A stretch of 33,857 nt of DNA from a virus (taxonomy: Duplodnaviria > Caudoviricetes), in IMG/VR virus record IMGVR_UViG_3300026260_000015, positions 1 through 33,857 of that record, one strand, 5' to 3'. This document shows positions 20,401-29,085 of this stretch, piece after piece; position 1 is the first letter of the stretch; every line of letters begins with the position of its first letter. Both the position numbers and the translations under genes were made by a program. The notes beneath the pieces were generated by a model. The model searched no databases and was not told the DNA's origin. It worked only from the letters and a program-made list of their open reading frames with translations.

Positions 20401-23400
20401 GTGAAGTTAGTGAATTAGGGTATGGATATCATGATACTGGTGCAGATCAAGGTGCTAATATCATAGCACTCATGGATTTTTCATCTAAAAAGATAGCTAA
20501 AGACCACCCACACATAACTCAAGCAGGTGCAGATGCATACTTTGATTCATTAGGTCCAGGTCTTGGAATGATGGCTATGGAGATAGCTAATGGTGCAGAT
20601 ATGCTCTTTACGATTGAAACGCATATATGGAATTTTGGTAATTACGACCCAGAGAGAACTTACAACGATACAAAAGATATAACAGAAGAAGACATTAGAG
20701 ACCCAGAAACATATGGTTATAAGCATCTTAAAGTTAACCCAGGTGTTTACAAACAGTTTGCGGATAAATTTAAAAAGCCTCTTAAAAACATAATTGAAGT
20801 GGTTGGGGCTAATATAGATCCTAGTGCTGGACCTCTACAAAAACCTCCAGCAGTTAGTACATCTATTAGAGGAACTTTTAGCAGTATATTTGAAGAAGGA
20901 GAAGTATTCAGTGCCCTGAGAAAACTTCAAAATGCTAAATGGGAAAAGAATGCAACCATGGATACTGTTAGTGATCTACAGGATTATAAAGCAATGCTGT
21001 ATGAACTGATGGATATTGAGAGTGAGCATGAAACAGAAATGAAAGATGGAAAACTCCAATGGAAATTAGATTCTGAAAATAAGAAAATCCCTCTGCATCA
21101 TGACAAGAAGATGAAATCTATAAAGTCATCTAACAAGGATAAAAGGGATGTACTAGATGAACTTCTTGCTGCAAATACACGTGAGGAACTAAATGAATTC
21201 TATTTTAAATACGAACTACAGAATCATCATAGACTTATGATGACAGGTCGTGTTAATCCTCAACAAAGTAAAGTTGCTAGATTTCTATTAAAATCCTGGA
21301 AAGCGCAGAAATATAATAAAAATAATATTGGGCAATTTAAATTAGCAATTGCTCAGAATTTTGGGGAGAAAGTAGATAAAAAAGAATTCAACGATACACT
21401 AGCTGATTTTAATACTATTACCAGTAATGAAAATGTTTTAACAGCTATTAATGCTTTAACAAGACTTAATTCAGCAAAAGAACGTAATTCTGCTAAAGAT
21501 AAAAAACAAGCAGCTAAAGATTTAGCTACAGCTATGTCTGCAGTTAAGAAGGATTTTCCAAAAGGAAACATATCTCTCTTACATGCTGTAACTGCTTTAT
21601 CTCAATACATGAGTGTAAATGCTATTAAAACTACTAAAGATGGAACTCCTGACAAACGATTCAAAAACAATTTTAAAAGTGAAATTAACTCATCTTTTGA
21701 ATCTGACGTAGTATTTCAAATTGATGGAATAGCCAATGGCTGGGCTATGAATGTCCTACAATTTCCTATGTGGGAAGGTGACGAACTAGTAAGGAAACTA
21801 GCTCAGGTTGCTAACTATTTTGGTAAGAATAACCAGCATGATTTAGAGCAAATAGGTGCTTATGAAGAATTAGTTAAGTTAGTTAGAGACGCTGAGAAGC
21901 TAGGTAATGGTTATTCAGTTGCTTGGAAGTATTACCAAAAGAACTACCGTAACAAGAAATACCCTAAATTAGCTGACAGTTACCTAAATGATCAGGGAGA
22001 ACCTGATTTTAATAAGTTTGCTAATCAATATAAGTTATTAAATAGTTCATTAAATGCTCTATATCCTGCTCTTAAAGATGATGAGGCAATGCGTGATGTC
22101 TTAAAATACCCCTTCATGATGAAGATGTATGGTGGCGGAATGAAACGTATTTCCGGAGATGTTAGCACTGATATCATTAAAGACATCTACTCACAAATAG
22201 GAGATATGCAAAGAGTCTATAACGAATTACAGAAGTCTAAACCTGACCCTAAAATTGTAAAACAATTTAAAGCAGAGTACGACATAACTGTAGAAAATAT
22301 AGATCGAGAAGTGGAATCATTTGGAAATTCATTAAAACACTTAGGAGGAATTGCAGAGGCTGATGAATTTATAAGCGCCATAAAATCAAATACAGCACGT
22401 AATCTAAAAATTAATGATCAAACACTACACGCAAAAATAAGTACAACTATTGCTCCTAGAATAGATTATGGACTAAATGAATTACTTGGATCTAGTGTTA
22501 TAGCTCCTCGTACATCCGTAATTCAAATGGGAGAAATGTTGCACGGAGTATTCATAACCCATTATGAAAGAGCATATAAAGATAAACTAGCTGAAGTAAA
22601 TGCAGAATATGAAGAAAAATCAGCTCTTAAAGATGATTTAGAAGGATTAGTTGATCTAGCTCTTGGACAAGATGAACTTGAATTTTATTATAAGAGTACT
22701 GGACAAACTTATGTTGTTACTCGTGATAACAAAATATTCAATGCTAAAAATAGAAAAAGAGAAATTTTTAAAAAGGAGAATGAATCACGAAAACAAGTAC
22801 TTGATTATGCTAAAGAACTTTCTAAATCTGAACGTGCAAATAGAACTGAACTAACCTCAAGAGAAATTCGTGATCTTATTCAAGATACGACTGGTGACTT
22901 AATTAAAGTATATCCTCAATTCGCAGGACCTCTATCCAGCCTTGCAAAAAATGGAAGTTTCTACGAAGGATTTGTAGATTTAGCTAAGAGTAAACGAGTA
23001 CGTAAGGAAAAAGATTTTACAGATACAGGAATACAGGAATCAAAAGTTAGTGTTTTTCTTAAAGGTAAAGATGGAAAGAGAACAGAACGTCTAACCACTA
23101 CAGCACAATTACAGTTTATTGAACCGGGAGTTAGTGCTCTAATCCGACAGATTATTAATATGGATGCAGCTATCCTAACTCAAACGGTAAATGGAGATCC
23201 TAATCTTAAACTAGGTAAAAAATTTAGACTTAAAGATAAAGGTCAGCTATGGCAAGGAGATGCTAATTTACTACTTCTCCATGATGCTGCTATGGGAACT
23301 CCAGGACAGCTAATTCCATTCGGTAAAAACTACAATGGAAACTACATGCAGTTTAATAAGGATAACAGCATTATAGAAAAAACTTTTGATCAACTAGAGA

Positions 23401-26400
23401 AAGTCTTAAAAATAACTGAAATACTGGATAATGCTGATATAACCGCCTTACAGAAATCTGATAAGAAAGAAGATAAGAAAACTTTAGAAGACATTAGAGA
23501 AGGAGAAGCTCGTACTAAAGAAGGATTAGTTACAATAAGGGAAATTAAAAAGTTACATAAAAAAGCGATTGGGTTATATAGAGATGAAGATAGCTATGAG
23601 CGAGAAGCTATTGAAAAACAGATTTCAGAGTTAGGAAAAAAATTAACTCGCTTTGCAAAGCAACATGGTCTTGATTATGACAAGCTAAAAATGGAGTACA
23701 ACAACGCCCGCACAACAGCTACTCCTACTAGAATGGATGAGATAAAAAAGTTTATATTTAATGAATCTCGTGACAATAAATTTAAAGAGAACTGGAGAGA
23801 AAGAAAAACTCTTGATGACTTAGTAGCTCAAAATAAGGCAGTTAAAAACAATGTATTAAAATTTAGAGAACAGCTGAATCAGACTGTTTCAAAAAAAGGT
23901 GGAATGGAATCATTCCAGATGTATATGCCACCCGGCAGTTTGAATGATAACGGTACTATATATAAGGCAGAGAAAGCTAAGGTTAACGAGTCTGTTAGGA
24001 AAGCTCGTAAAAAGAAAGAGAAGAAGCCTAAAGCTCCAGAACCCCCTACAACTAAACCATTAAATATATGGGCAGGAGCAGGACAGAATACAATTCTTAG
24101 TAATCTTGCTAATAGGCCTTTTACATATGAAGAAAAGAAATATAAATCTGTAGAACATGCTTATCAAACTTTAAAGTCTGGTGAATTTGACGCGGGTATC
24201 TACAACAAAAGATGGGGCTTCAATAATAAAATTCGTAATCCTAAACCAGCAAAGACAGACAATAGATACAATATAAAATTAATGGAAAAACTAATAGAAG
24301 CATCTCTTTCTGCTCAATCAAAAGAATCTATTGCTGCTAGAGATGCTTTAAAAGAATCAATTGGTAGAACCATTACTCATACTGGTGGAAGACAGGATAT
24401 TTGGGTATCTGAGTTTCCTCGTATATTAACTAAATTAAGAGATAAGTTATTCAAAGAAGAGAAGAAACCTAAAACAAAGAAAACTAGATTTAAAGCAGAT
24501 GATTTTAAAGAACAGAAAAGTGCAGACCAAATAGCTCTTGAAAAAATACAAGATAGACTTATCGCTGGAAATATTACAGATGACGAATTTATAGATAATG
24601 AGAATTTTTTAAGAGACCTATCTAAAAAAGATACAGTAGAAGGTAGAGCTGTTTTAAAAGCTTTAGAGGAACAATTTCCAGAAGGGTATGATCCAGCAAA
24701 CCCAGGGGATTTTGGTATGCCAGAAGATTTTGTAGAACCAGAGCCAGAAACTAGGGAGGAGCATGAAAATAAACAGGATGACATACCCCCAGAAGACGTA
24801 GATGAGTTATTATTCGCTTTAAAAGGTACATATAAAGGAGAAGTATACTCTACTTTAGATGCTGGTGATATTACTGGTGAAAATGCAGGTGAATTATTTA
24901 ACCGAATGAATTCTCTTTCTCGCAACTACTACGATAGTAAAGAAGCGATGGATGAGCACACTAGCGTACTAAATGAGGTTATGGGTATTGTATCTGAGGG
25001 TTTCGAGGTAACTAGAGGCATTCAATTGACAGAGGAGCAAATTGAAGGAATCACTCAAGGAACATATGAGGTTGAATCTGAACGTATGACACTTTCATTT
25101 AGCCAGGGAAGTCCTGTAACACGTAATGGAATGTCACCTCAGGAAGTATACGCCCATGAAATGGTACATGGAATGACTGCTATTGCAGTAAATGAAAAAC
25201 CATTAGTAGCTGATCGTATTGAAAAACTATACGCACATGTTCATAAAAGCTTAGGAAAAGAATACGGAAAAGGTAATGAGTGGAAAGTATTTCGCCCCGC
25301 AGGAACTGGACCAACTAGCTTAGCTACAGCAGAAGAAATTGATATGGCAAAAAAACAATATAATCATGCATTTAATGCAAGAGAAGAGGATAGACTAATT
25401 GAGTTCTTAGCGTATTCCGGTACTAATAAGCAGTTAATTGCTTTTATGACGAAGAATCCTGTCGGTCAAAGAGAAGGATTAATGGGTAAATTAATGGACG
25501 TTATTCAGGCAGTTGTAAACACTGTTAAAGAATTACTTGGATATAAAGTATACAGAGCCCAGAATAGTTCTTCACTCGCAGAAGCACTTGCAATTATGGA
25601 GCATCTAGTTGCAATTCAAAATAAGCATAAAAGTAAGCATGCGCAAAGACAGAGTAAAACCTATAAATTTCTAGATAAATCAGATCAAATTGTAAGAGAT
25701 TTTTCAGATAGAGTAGGTCTTAATATTAGAAGAAAAACCATGCAAGCTATTTCAGAAGAAACAAAAGATGGGAAGAGACGAATGAAAAGTGGTATGACAA
25801 ACGTGCTTACAACATATGCTACTGGAATAATTAACGTCCCGCATATTACTCTTAGTAATCACGCCTCAGTTCAGATTCATAGAATGGGACTTATGAGTAC
25901 GTTAAATCATGCATTACGTGGTGTAGCTAACGAAGTTGGCGGAGGAGCATTAAGTAATGAGTTAAAAGAACAATTATTAAATGCTAAAATTACTATATCT
26001 AAATTAAGACAAGAGACTGAGAGATTCTATATAGACTGGTTTAATAATGCTTGGAAATCCATGTCTCCTGATGAATTAGAAAATGGAGCAATGTCTTTTG
26101 AAACCAGGGAAGCACTTACTGATGTAATACTAAGAACAGACTTAGCAAGTCTTCGTTTAACATCTGGTTTAGGATTAAATGGTCCAGGTAGTACTCAAAA
26201 AATTATGAACTTAATAGGTAAAGACAACAATGCTGTAGCACAAAGAGGTACTCTAAAAAAGACTATTAAACAAAAATTAAATCTAACAGCAAATGATCCA
26301 GCTATAGCATACGCAGATGAACTGGGGCACTGGATTGCTACAGGTCATACTGAAAGAATATCTGGTGCGTACAATAGTGCAGCTTCAATTGCTTTTGATC

Positions 26401-28400
26401 ATCTAGAAGATCCTACTGAAGAACAAGTTGGGTGGTTAGATGCATTTGCTACGCTGGTTGCTTTAGATGATGTAGATGAAAGGAAGATTGCTTTAGTTCA
26501 AGGTTTATCTAAAAATGAATTTAATGCTAATGCTACTGATAATGGAATTATTGATTTACTGGATACTCATATACATTATAAAACAGAATCCCGTGAGGAA
26601 TTATTTGATGGTGATGCTGTTCCAATGATGAAAGGATATATCGTTGAACGTATGGATAATCTGACTGATATAAAAATTAAACCAGCTGCCGATAAAGAAA
26701 GAATGGCTGATGCTGGGTATGCACATTCATATCCTATTAGCACTACAGATAAAGATCAGACACACGATACGATGTATATCAATAGAAATATGCCAGAAGT
26801 ATCAGACATTTCTGGAATTATGTCTACGACTAATCAACGAAATATGGGAACTACATTAACTGAAATACTAATGAAGAACCCTAAGTACATAGATCCTGTA
26901 ACTAATAAACCAAATTTTGGTCAAGTAAAAAATACAATTGATAGATTTAAAACAGACCAGGCAGCTCTAGCTAAGCAATTAAAGATTGATCCTAGGTTTA
27001 AATTTCGTCCTGTTCGTCATCCGGAAACAAATGTAATTACGGATTTTCGTATAATGATGGATCATAAATCTACAAAAGAACTACTACGCCCAGATTTAGA
27101 ATTCCAAAACGTATTTGCTCACATGCAATCCAGATTAATAGATCGTAAAAATACAATTAAAAATGATATAGAAACAGTCAACCTTCTAGTTCATGAACAA
27201 GCAGATCTGTTAAAGGTTCACCCAGAACAGTTCATTGATCTCCTAGATCCGGATGGACCATATATTGATCGATACAGAAAACTTCCTAAAGCAGTTCGAG
27301 AATATATACAGGAGTTTGCTAAGAACGATACATTTATGGTCAGGCACGATATCGTTGAAAAAGTATTTGGGTTTAAGCAACTAGATATTACTCAGTTAGG
27401 AGTATTTCAAGGTGACCATCCTCTACAACTGCGAGCTAAACAGATAGCTGGATTGACTCATTATGCTGTTAGACAGACAGTTGGGTACGGTAAAAATAGA
27501 ATAGTACTGGCAATGCCTGAGGTAGTATTTGGAAATATGTTTTCTAATGTTGCGCAGCTAAGTATGAGAAAGATTTCTTTACCTTATATTATTAATAAAG
27601 TTATAGAAGGTATTCACGAATATCGTAAATATAGTCGAGACAGTCAAGAAATTGCAAAATTACAACATCTTATAAATACTAAAAAATTAGATAAACAAAA
27701 GAGTCCTGAAGCACTTAAAGTAGCAAGACTGAAAGTACGACTCAAACGAAATAAATTAGACAAGATGGTTAAAGCAGGACTGGATTCACTAATTGTAGAA
27801 GATCTAAATGAAGCGCAGATTGACGGGTATTTTAACCGTATGAAGCGTGTTTTATTTAAAGGAGCATTAAAAGACGTTGGGGGTAAAATTCCTAAAAGTC
27901 TACAAACAATAGCGTCTACCTTATTTTGGGCTAAAGGAAGTATAGGGTATAACTTCTCTCGACAGATGGTTCAAATGACAGACTTTTTAGGTAGGTATGT
28001 AATGATAGAACATGCTATGGCTATTCAAGGCCATACTTTTAAAAGAGCTATGCATGATGCTCTTGATGCTTTTGTACTATTTGATGAGTCATTAATTGCT
28101 TCATTAGAAGCATTAGAGATGACTGGGGCCACAGCTTTTCTTTCATATTGGCTAAGAAACCAGAGATCTTCTAGACAATTACTCCAAGCTAGTCCTACAG
28201 CAGTAGGAATCTCTGCAGCTTTACAATATAGTACTGGAGTAGCTACGCTAGGTAATGTAAATAGTTCATGGCTAGGCGGAGATTTCTCACCAAATCTTAT
28301 GCAGTTCCCTAATCTATTTGATGAAGCCAATAATCTAACTGGCTTCGAAATTGGTTCTGATATCATGCAAGGTGGACTATATAAAGGACTGCTTAATTAA
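14406..28400 (+). CDS. Virion-encapsidated RNA polymerase (N4 gp50-like), multidomain
   Basis: 4664 aa. Single-subunit RNAP motifs: HRLMMTGRVNPQQSK, motif A QID2440GIANG, motif B R2563xxxK2567x7Y2575GGG, motif C LHD2960A. C-terminal QMTDFLGRY motif. No Cys seen. Confidence 0.95.
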   Translation: MANGNGTLNHAETIQALTEFNNPPNGNGQNTVVTPSRHDISKARTLENKALAIQKLQQAETLRQANEAFNKTLSTIPQISLPDSGFQFREEPSTEELPTVDLPTAPTKEDMLKPLGPQPPDPALVQLADQAALTNNVPQAIFKQLIEQESSWNPRAKSNAGAMGLGQFMPDTATKDMGLTLDEEGGPGSVWHPESNLNASAKYLRAGFDRYIKQGFSPTEAWKISAAAYNAGMGNITNAMKRVSGPVKSWEQIAAVLPQVTGKDNSTQTIDYVDKLTGSITSSITDTADIERQNIERTKRQEELVPDEPGALAKLSDSITNFSKSLIQATNKAELNITEFAKSVIKKHGKKLGISWDSNKPDNSEGNRKAVEQWVENYGPEFGVSLKYPDTSIDAEKQHELAVQAERLLEFKKKMQDSTLNRPQIVALGHELAAPSKEPAKSQIGTPTERADAADLAAQDKENDTARLRALQDTAKFQSDRTILDVVGDAYNKAGDLANKAYDAVVGSSLVESEEEAITRQIEPRRPPTKGPDQAIDVIEQSITGDTYSDPLDIGGIDSGLGDLSSSLDSLDDALGPTTLEGSAEKVTRGPEFTEPSKIKRQHGRVIEYEDGSWGVKGFGGSSDLVGLKKYDALAIAAFEAANFKGVREGAPQPGTIGAVTNQTIASLITPVASVFQGFTGPTTLTELADDNDLTPEDVQRYKAIQKSTTLSAEQQRFINSENYKLLARLDLKAKENQKESDWIEEFAEEQKGKWPVNRENMAGATAAYKAIAESKGALEALIYTLKNDKSAMAAHGWDSVGYTIALTAGSIPVQLGMFVALANGMAQDSIREWKQKHKGKEPSAEVIRDIKMLSAARLVVEKASAGLLTKYIGQIPGLGGTVIWAKKTQEAIAKTVNPTVRELSGFTGKYVITPTAKTIKAMGAEGLQELTDEYISGVALKDPENLEGRSRWTANPSDLGLSFVLGSFGIFSTGAGVKAVDLTTKTAIGIGSVITSESKAAQHNRLWAIKLDTEIENITSKLQKIENYKKTDPKIAKELETINAEIRDLSDIDREGAEIGPNGELVTDSTYIKENFLALSLQIERGELTPQEALERVVSDLEAELSSKMETRDNLASQIPKALTFGETAAGLTDIGTLKSALADIKALEQETELSEEQEAQLSGLRKEAERLRNKLKQPANPEITETEVAGLKAALKEVTEFRDTKAYEVNWRNEPISQLKEKTKEKVKKDNTITDEKFEEGLKGVGVVDGAITLEMKVPQGEMEVETGDLNYANFDPSGEWRVGDIVTIKGSKDPKIQEAQGFTIEYILAEQVRDGKIHVKLKGLSETVPIDQLEEVVERTDRSPETPAERLEVLSKKDLTDEQRTKLLAAYGKEIDALKKKLNIKVQKLGSIESFENIDKESDDSVDKKANDSSLPPAKQQFYKDVVALRKAKAIRAQQESLNPKLKTLAGVHGEILQGESKQWKGLYSYYTDLVNAYTKFKGDKVLRDQSVDTILSRMETHSTNLNKKLDKFKEARSIMGTVPPGKVAAVVGTSTRTDSGMRTMRYNVVTNMTEAEVKAEQDKGKFITQIDQNSDSLIRTLEQEATYGNYIMGVVRGYEKSPMKGQVSDQELSIEKHEEVLRKLTQARDGIERVIKPISKETIKGIGVPKGEEAPPTGEAAPPTLDKQLEDTVKRANELADKKGKTKEEWNELNKLGIKMRSLNEQIEKRDAEGREPEGEDIPPEGPPPVSDEAPPVVRTPSEQEAREQGEADTFIGPKPLQTFIEGATQIYRNVVGRALDIVLGLAGATFADLIQIGPLKKVKGINTLQDIDFNNDKTLTAALIDLGVKPETASVLVGAFNSFKARYDNIIHDEIRFDDEVFLVEDGKTVSDTLYTIVDGGLHVEKGGAYNVKGDYTKIIDADKNEKVVLTSELVNARVDALNKPLSLLLRDDPKNPKNTQGRLPDQIVFTMMLSNLIFRQQTPNNNRWGDKDFAKQSFLFGGDNKTLNDTEEGEVSELGYGYHDTGADQGANIIALMDFSSKKIAKDHPHITQAGADAYFDSLGPGLGMMAMEIANGADMLFTIETHIWNFGNYDPERTYNDTKDITEEDIRDPETYGYKHLKVNPGVYKQFADKFKKPLKNIIEVVGANIDPSAGPLQKPPAVSTSIRGTFSSIFEEGEVFSALRKLQNAKWEKNATMDTVSDLQDYKAMLYELMDIESEHETEMKDGKLQWKLDSENKKIPLHHDKKMKSIKSSNKDKRDVLDELLAANTREELNEFYFKYELQNHHRLMMTGRVNPQQSKVARFLLKSWKAQKYNKNNIGQFKLAIAQNFGEKVDKKEFNDTLADFNTITSNENVLTAINALTRLNSAKERNSAKDKKQAAKDLATAMSAVKKDFPKGNISLLHAVTALSQYMSVNAIKTTKDGTPDKRFKNNFKSEINSSFESDVVFQIDGIANGWAMNVLQFPMWEGDELVRKLAQVANYFGKNNQHDLEQIGAYEELVKLVRDAEKLGNGYSVAWKYYQKNYRNKKYPKLADSYLNDQGEPDFNKFANQYKLLNSSLNALYPALKDDEAMRDVLKYPFMMKMYGGGMKRISGDVSTDIIKDIYSQIGDMQRVYNELQKSKPDPKIVKQFKAEYDITVENIDREVESFGNSLKHLGGIAEADEFISAIKSNTARNLKINDQTLHAKISTTIAPRIDYGLNELLGSSVIAPRTSVIQMGEMLHGVFITHYERAYKDKLAEVNAEYEEKSALKDDLEGLVDLALGQDELEFYYKSTGQTYVVTRDNKIFNAKNRKREIFKKENESRKQVLDYAKELSKSERANRTELTSREIRDLIQDTTGDLIKVYPQFAGPLSSLAKNGSFYEGFVDLAKSKRVRKEKDFTDTGIQESKVSVFLKGKDGKRTERLTTTAQLQFIEPGVSALIRQIINMDAAILTQTVNGDPNLKLGKKFRLKDKGQLWQGDANLLLLHDAAMGTPGQLIPFGKNYNGNYMQFNKDNSIIEKTFDQLEKVLKITEILDNADITALQKSDKKEDKKTLEDIREGEARTKEGLVTIREIKKLHKKAIGLYRDEDSYEREAIEKQISELGKKLTRFAKQHGLDYDKLKMEYNNARTTATPTRMDEIKKFIFNESRDNKFKENWRERKTLDDLVAQNKAVKNNVLKFREQLNQTVSKKGGMESFQMYMPPGSLNDNGTIYKAEKAKVNESVRKARKKKEKKPKAPEPPTTKPLNIWAGAGQNTILSNLANRPFTYEEKKYKSVEHAYQTLKSGEFDAGIYNKRWGFNNKIRNPKPAKTDNRYNIKLMEKLIEASLSAQSKESIAARDALKESIGRTITHTGGRQDIWVSEFPRILTKLRDKLFKEEKKPKTKKTRFKADDFKEQKSADQIALEKIQDRLIAGNITDDEFIDNENFLRDLSKKDTVEGRAVLKALEEQFPEGYDPANPGDFGMPEDFVEPEPETREEHENKQDDIPPEDVDELLFALKGTYKGEVYSTLDAGDITGENAGELFNRMNSLSRNYYDSKEAMDEHTSVLNEVMGIVSEGFEVTRGIQLTEEQIEGITQGTYEVESERMTLSFSQGSPVTRNGMSPQEVYAHEMVHGMTAIAVNEKPLVADRIEKLYAHVHKSLGKEYGKGNEWKVFRPAGTGPTSLATAEEIDMAKKQYNHAFNAREEDRLIEFLAYSGTNKQLIAFMTKNPVGQREGLMGKLMDVIQAVVNTVKELLGYKVYRAQNSSSLAEALAIMEHLVAIQNKHKSKHAQRQSKTYKFLDKSDQIVRDFSDRVGLNIRRKTMQAISEETKDGKRRMKSGMTNVLTTYATGIINVPHITLSNHASVQIHRMGLMSTLNHALRGVANEVGGGALSNELKEQLLNAKITISKLRQETERFYIDWFNNAWKSMSPDELENGAMSFETREALTDVILRTDLASLRLTSGLGLNGPGSTQKIMNLIGKDNNAVAQRGTLKKTIKQKLNLTANDPAIAYADELGHWIATGHTERISGAYNSAASIAFDHLEDPTEEQVGWLDAFATLVALDDVDERKIALVQGLSKNEFNANATDNGIIDLLDTHIHYKTESREELFDGDAVPMMKGYIVERMDNLTDIKIKPAADKERMADAGYAHSYPISTTDKDQTHDTMYINRNMPEVSDISGIMSTTNQRNMGTTLTEILMKNPKYIDPVTNKPNFGQVKNTIDRFKTDQAALAKQLKIDPRFKFRPVRHPETNVITDFRIMMDHKSTKELLRPDLEFQNVFAHMQSRLIDRKNTIKNDIETVNLLVHEQADLLKVHPEQFIDLLDPDGPYIDRYRKLPKAVREYIQEFAKNDTFMVRHDIVEKVFGFKQLDITQLGVFQGDHPLQLRAKQIAGLTHYAVRQTVGYGKNRIVLAMPEVVFGNMFSNVAQLSMRKISLPYIINKVIEGIHEYRKYSRDSQEIAKLQHLINTKKLDKQKSPEALKVARLKVRLKRNKLDKMVKAGLDSLIVEDLNEAQIDGYFNRMKRVLFKGALKDVGGKIPKSLQTIASTLFWAKGSIGYNFSRQMVQMTDFLGRYVMIEHAMAIQGHTFKRAMHDALDAFVLFDESLIASLEALEMTGATAFLSYWLRNQRSSRQLLQASPTAVGISAALQYSTGVATLGNVNSSWLGGDFSPNLMQFPNLFDEANNLTGFEIGSDIMQGGLYKGLLN
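14770..15240 (+). other. Lytic transglycosylase (SLT) domain within vRNAP
   Basis: IEQE149SSWNPRAKSNAGAMGLGQFMPDTA...NLNASAKYL...AAAYNAGMG...TIDYV, i.e. all family-1 lytic transglycosylase motifs. Confidence 0.93.
24016..24473 (+). repeat. 17-nt imperfect direct repeats flanking the NADAR domain
   Basis: AAGAGAAGAAGCCTAAA (24016-24032) and AAGAGAAGAAACCTAAA (24457-24473): 16/17 identical, 441 nt (147 codons) apart, both encoding EKKPK. Confidence 0.7.
24060..24450 (+). other. NADAR/YbiA-like domain within vRNAP
   Basis: LSNL..RPF....KYKSVEHAYQTLK...LMEKLI...DIW...RILTKLRDKL follows the NADAR pattern LSNF..SVEHYYQAxK..M..DxxW..LMxVR. Confidence 0.78.
25050..25430 (+). other. Zincin-like metallopeptidase motif within vRNAP
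   Basis: EVYAH3584EMVH followed downstream by LIEFLAY (third-ligand Glu context). Confidence 0.7.
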
Positions 28401-28618
28401 CGATCAGGATCTGTAAATCGTAGCTTATAAAATATAAAAGCTACTACCCCGCCGAATAGTATAATAGCTACTGGTAACAACAACAAGCTAGCAAGAAGTC
28501 CTATAACTGTTACTACAGTAAAGAACATAGTCTTTATATTTACCCAAGTACCCGTAATCCTTGTATTACGTTGGTGTAGCTTTTCTTGTAGGTATTTCAG
28601 TTCGTTGTCTGGGTTCAT
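28397..28618 (-). CDS. Small membrane protein
   Basis: 73 aa with a roughly 35-aa hydrophobic stretch (1-2 TM). ATGA-coupled to the upstream gene. Its stop overlaps the vRNAP stop. Confidence 0.7.
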   Translation of the reverse strand: MNPDNELKYLQEKLHQRNTRITGTWVNIKTMFFTVVTVIGLLASLLLLPVAIILFGGVVAFIFYKLRFTDPDR

Positions 28619-29085
28619 GAGAATAAGGAATCTATATTAGCTAGATCTTCAGTTTTTGGAATTGTAGCTTCTTTTTTATCTTCTTCTCTTTCCATTATCC
28701 CATTTCCATTTACAGAATCAGGATCTCTGCGTTCTTCTTCAGCTAGTTCTTTAGAAGCTGCAGCCATACCTTCAGCAGTCATAGTATCTATACGAACTTT
28801 CTTAATAGTTGCTTCTTTAACTTGATTTTCTGTAGTTGTATCTATTTCAACTAATGCTTTAGCCTCACCTTTCTCTTCAGGAGTTAGCCTACGGCCCTTC
28901 TCTTTTTCTAGATCATGTAAAGCCATTTCCTCTGGAGTACGTCTTCTTCCATTCCTACGGCTAAATTCCCATTTAGATCTACTATTAGTAGCTTCTACAG
29001 GAACAGGAATTGTATCTCCTGCTTGTTGTTTCTTGAGTGCTTCTTTTACTATAGATTCAATATCTATGTCTATTTCTATCTTCAT
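28615..29085 (-). CDS. Hypothetical protein
   Basis: 156 aa, AAGGAG SD, ATGA overlaps. Charged, with RRTPEE/RRLTPEE repeat and C-terminal SLFS. Confidence 0.75.
   Translation of the reverse strand: MKIEIDIDIESIVKEALKKQQAGDTIPVPVEATNSRSKWEFSRRNGRRRTPEEMALHDLEKEKGRRLTPEEKGEAKALVEIDTTTENQVKEATIKKVRIDTMTAEGMAAASKELAEEERRDPDSVNGNGIMEREEDKKEATIPKTEDLANIDSLFS

Noticed and set aside
21627-21674. KTTKDGTPDKRFKNN basic motif inside the polymerase domain
   Set aside because: It looks like a short nucleic-acid-binding insert but is too short to assign without an alignment.
1372-28366. Numerous minus-strand and alternate-frame ORFs (e.g. 3548-3829, 5376-5693, 7412-7807, 16886-17371, 19184-19693, 24377-24925, 28025-28366)
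   Set aside because: They lie on or almost wholly within well-supported genes, have Ser/Leu/Phe-rich shadow composition, and show no recognisable motifs.
14406-28400. Intein or intron as the cause of vRNAP length
   Set aside because: The ORF is uninterrupted, and I saw no Cys, no LAGLIDADG motif and no HN-C/S/T splice junction.
28397-28618. Holin call for the 73-aa membrane protein
   Set aside because: It lies at the end of the replication operon with no adjacent endolysin. Hydrophobicity alone is insufficient.
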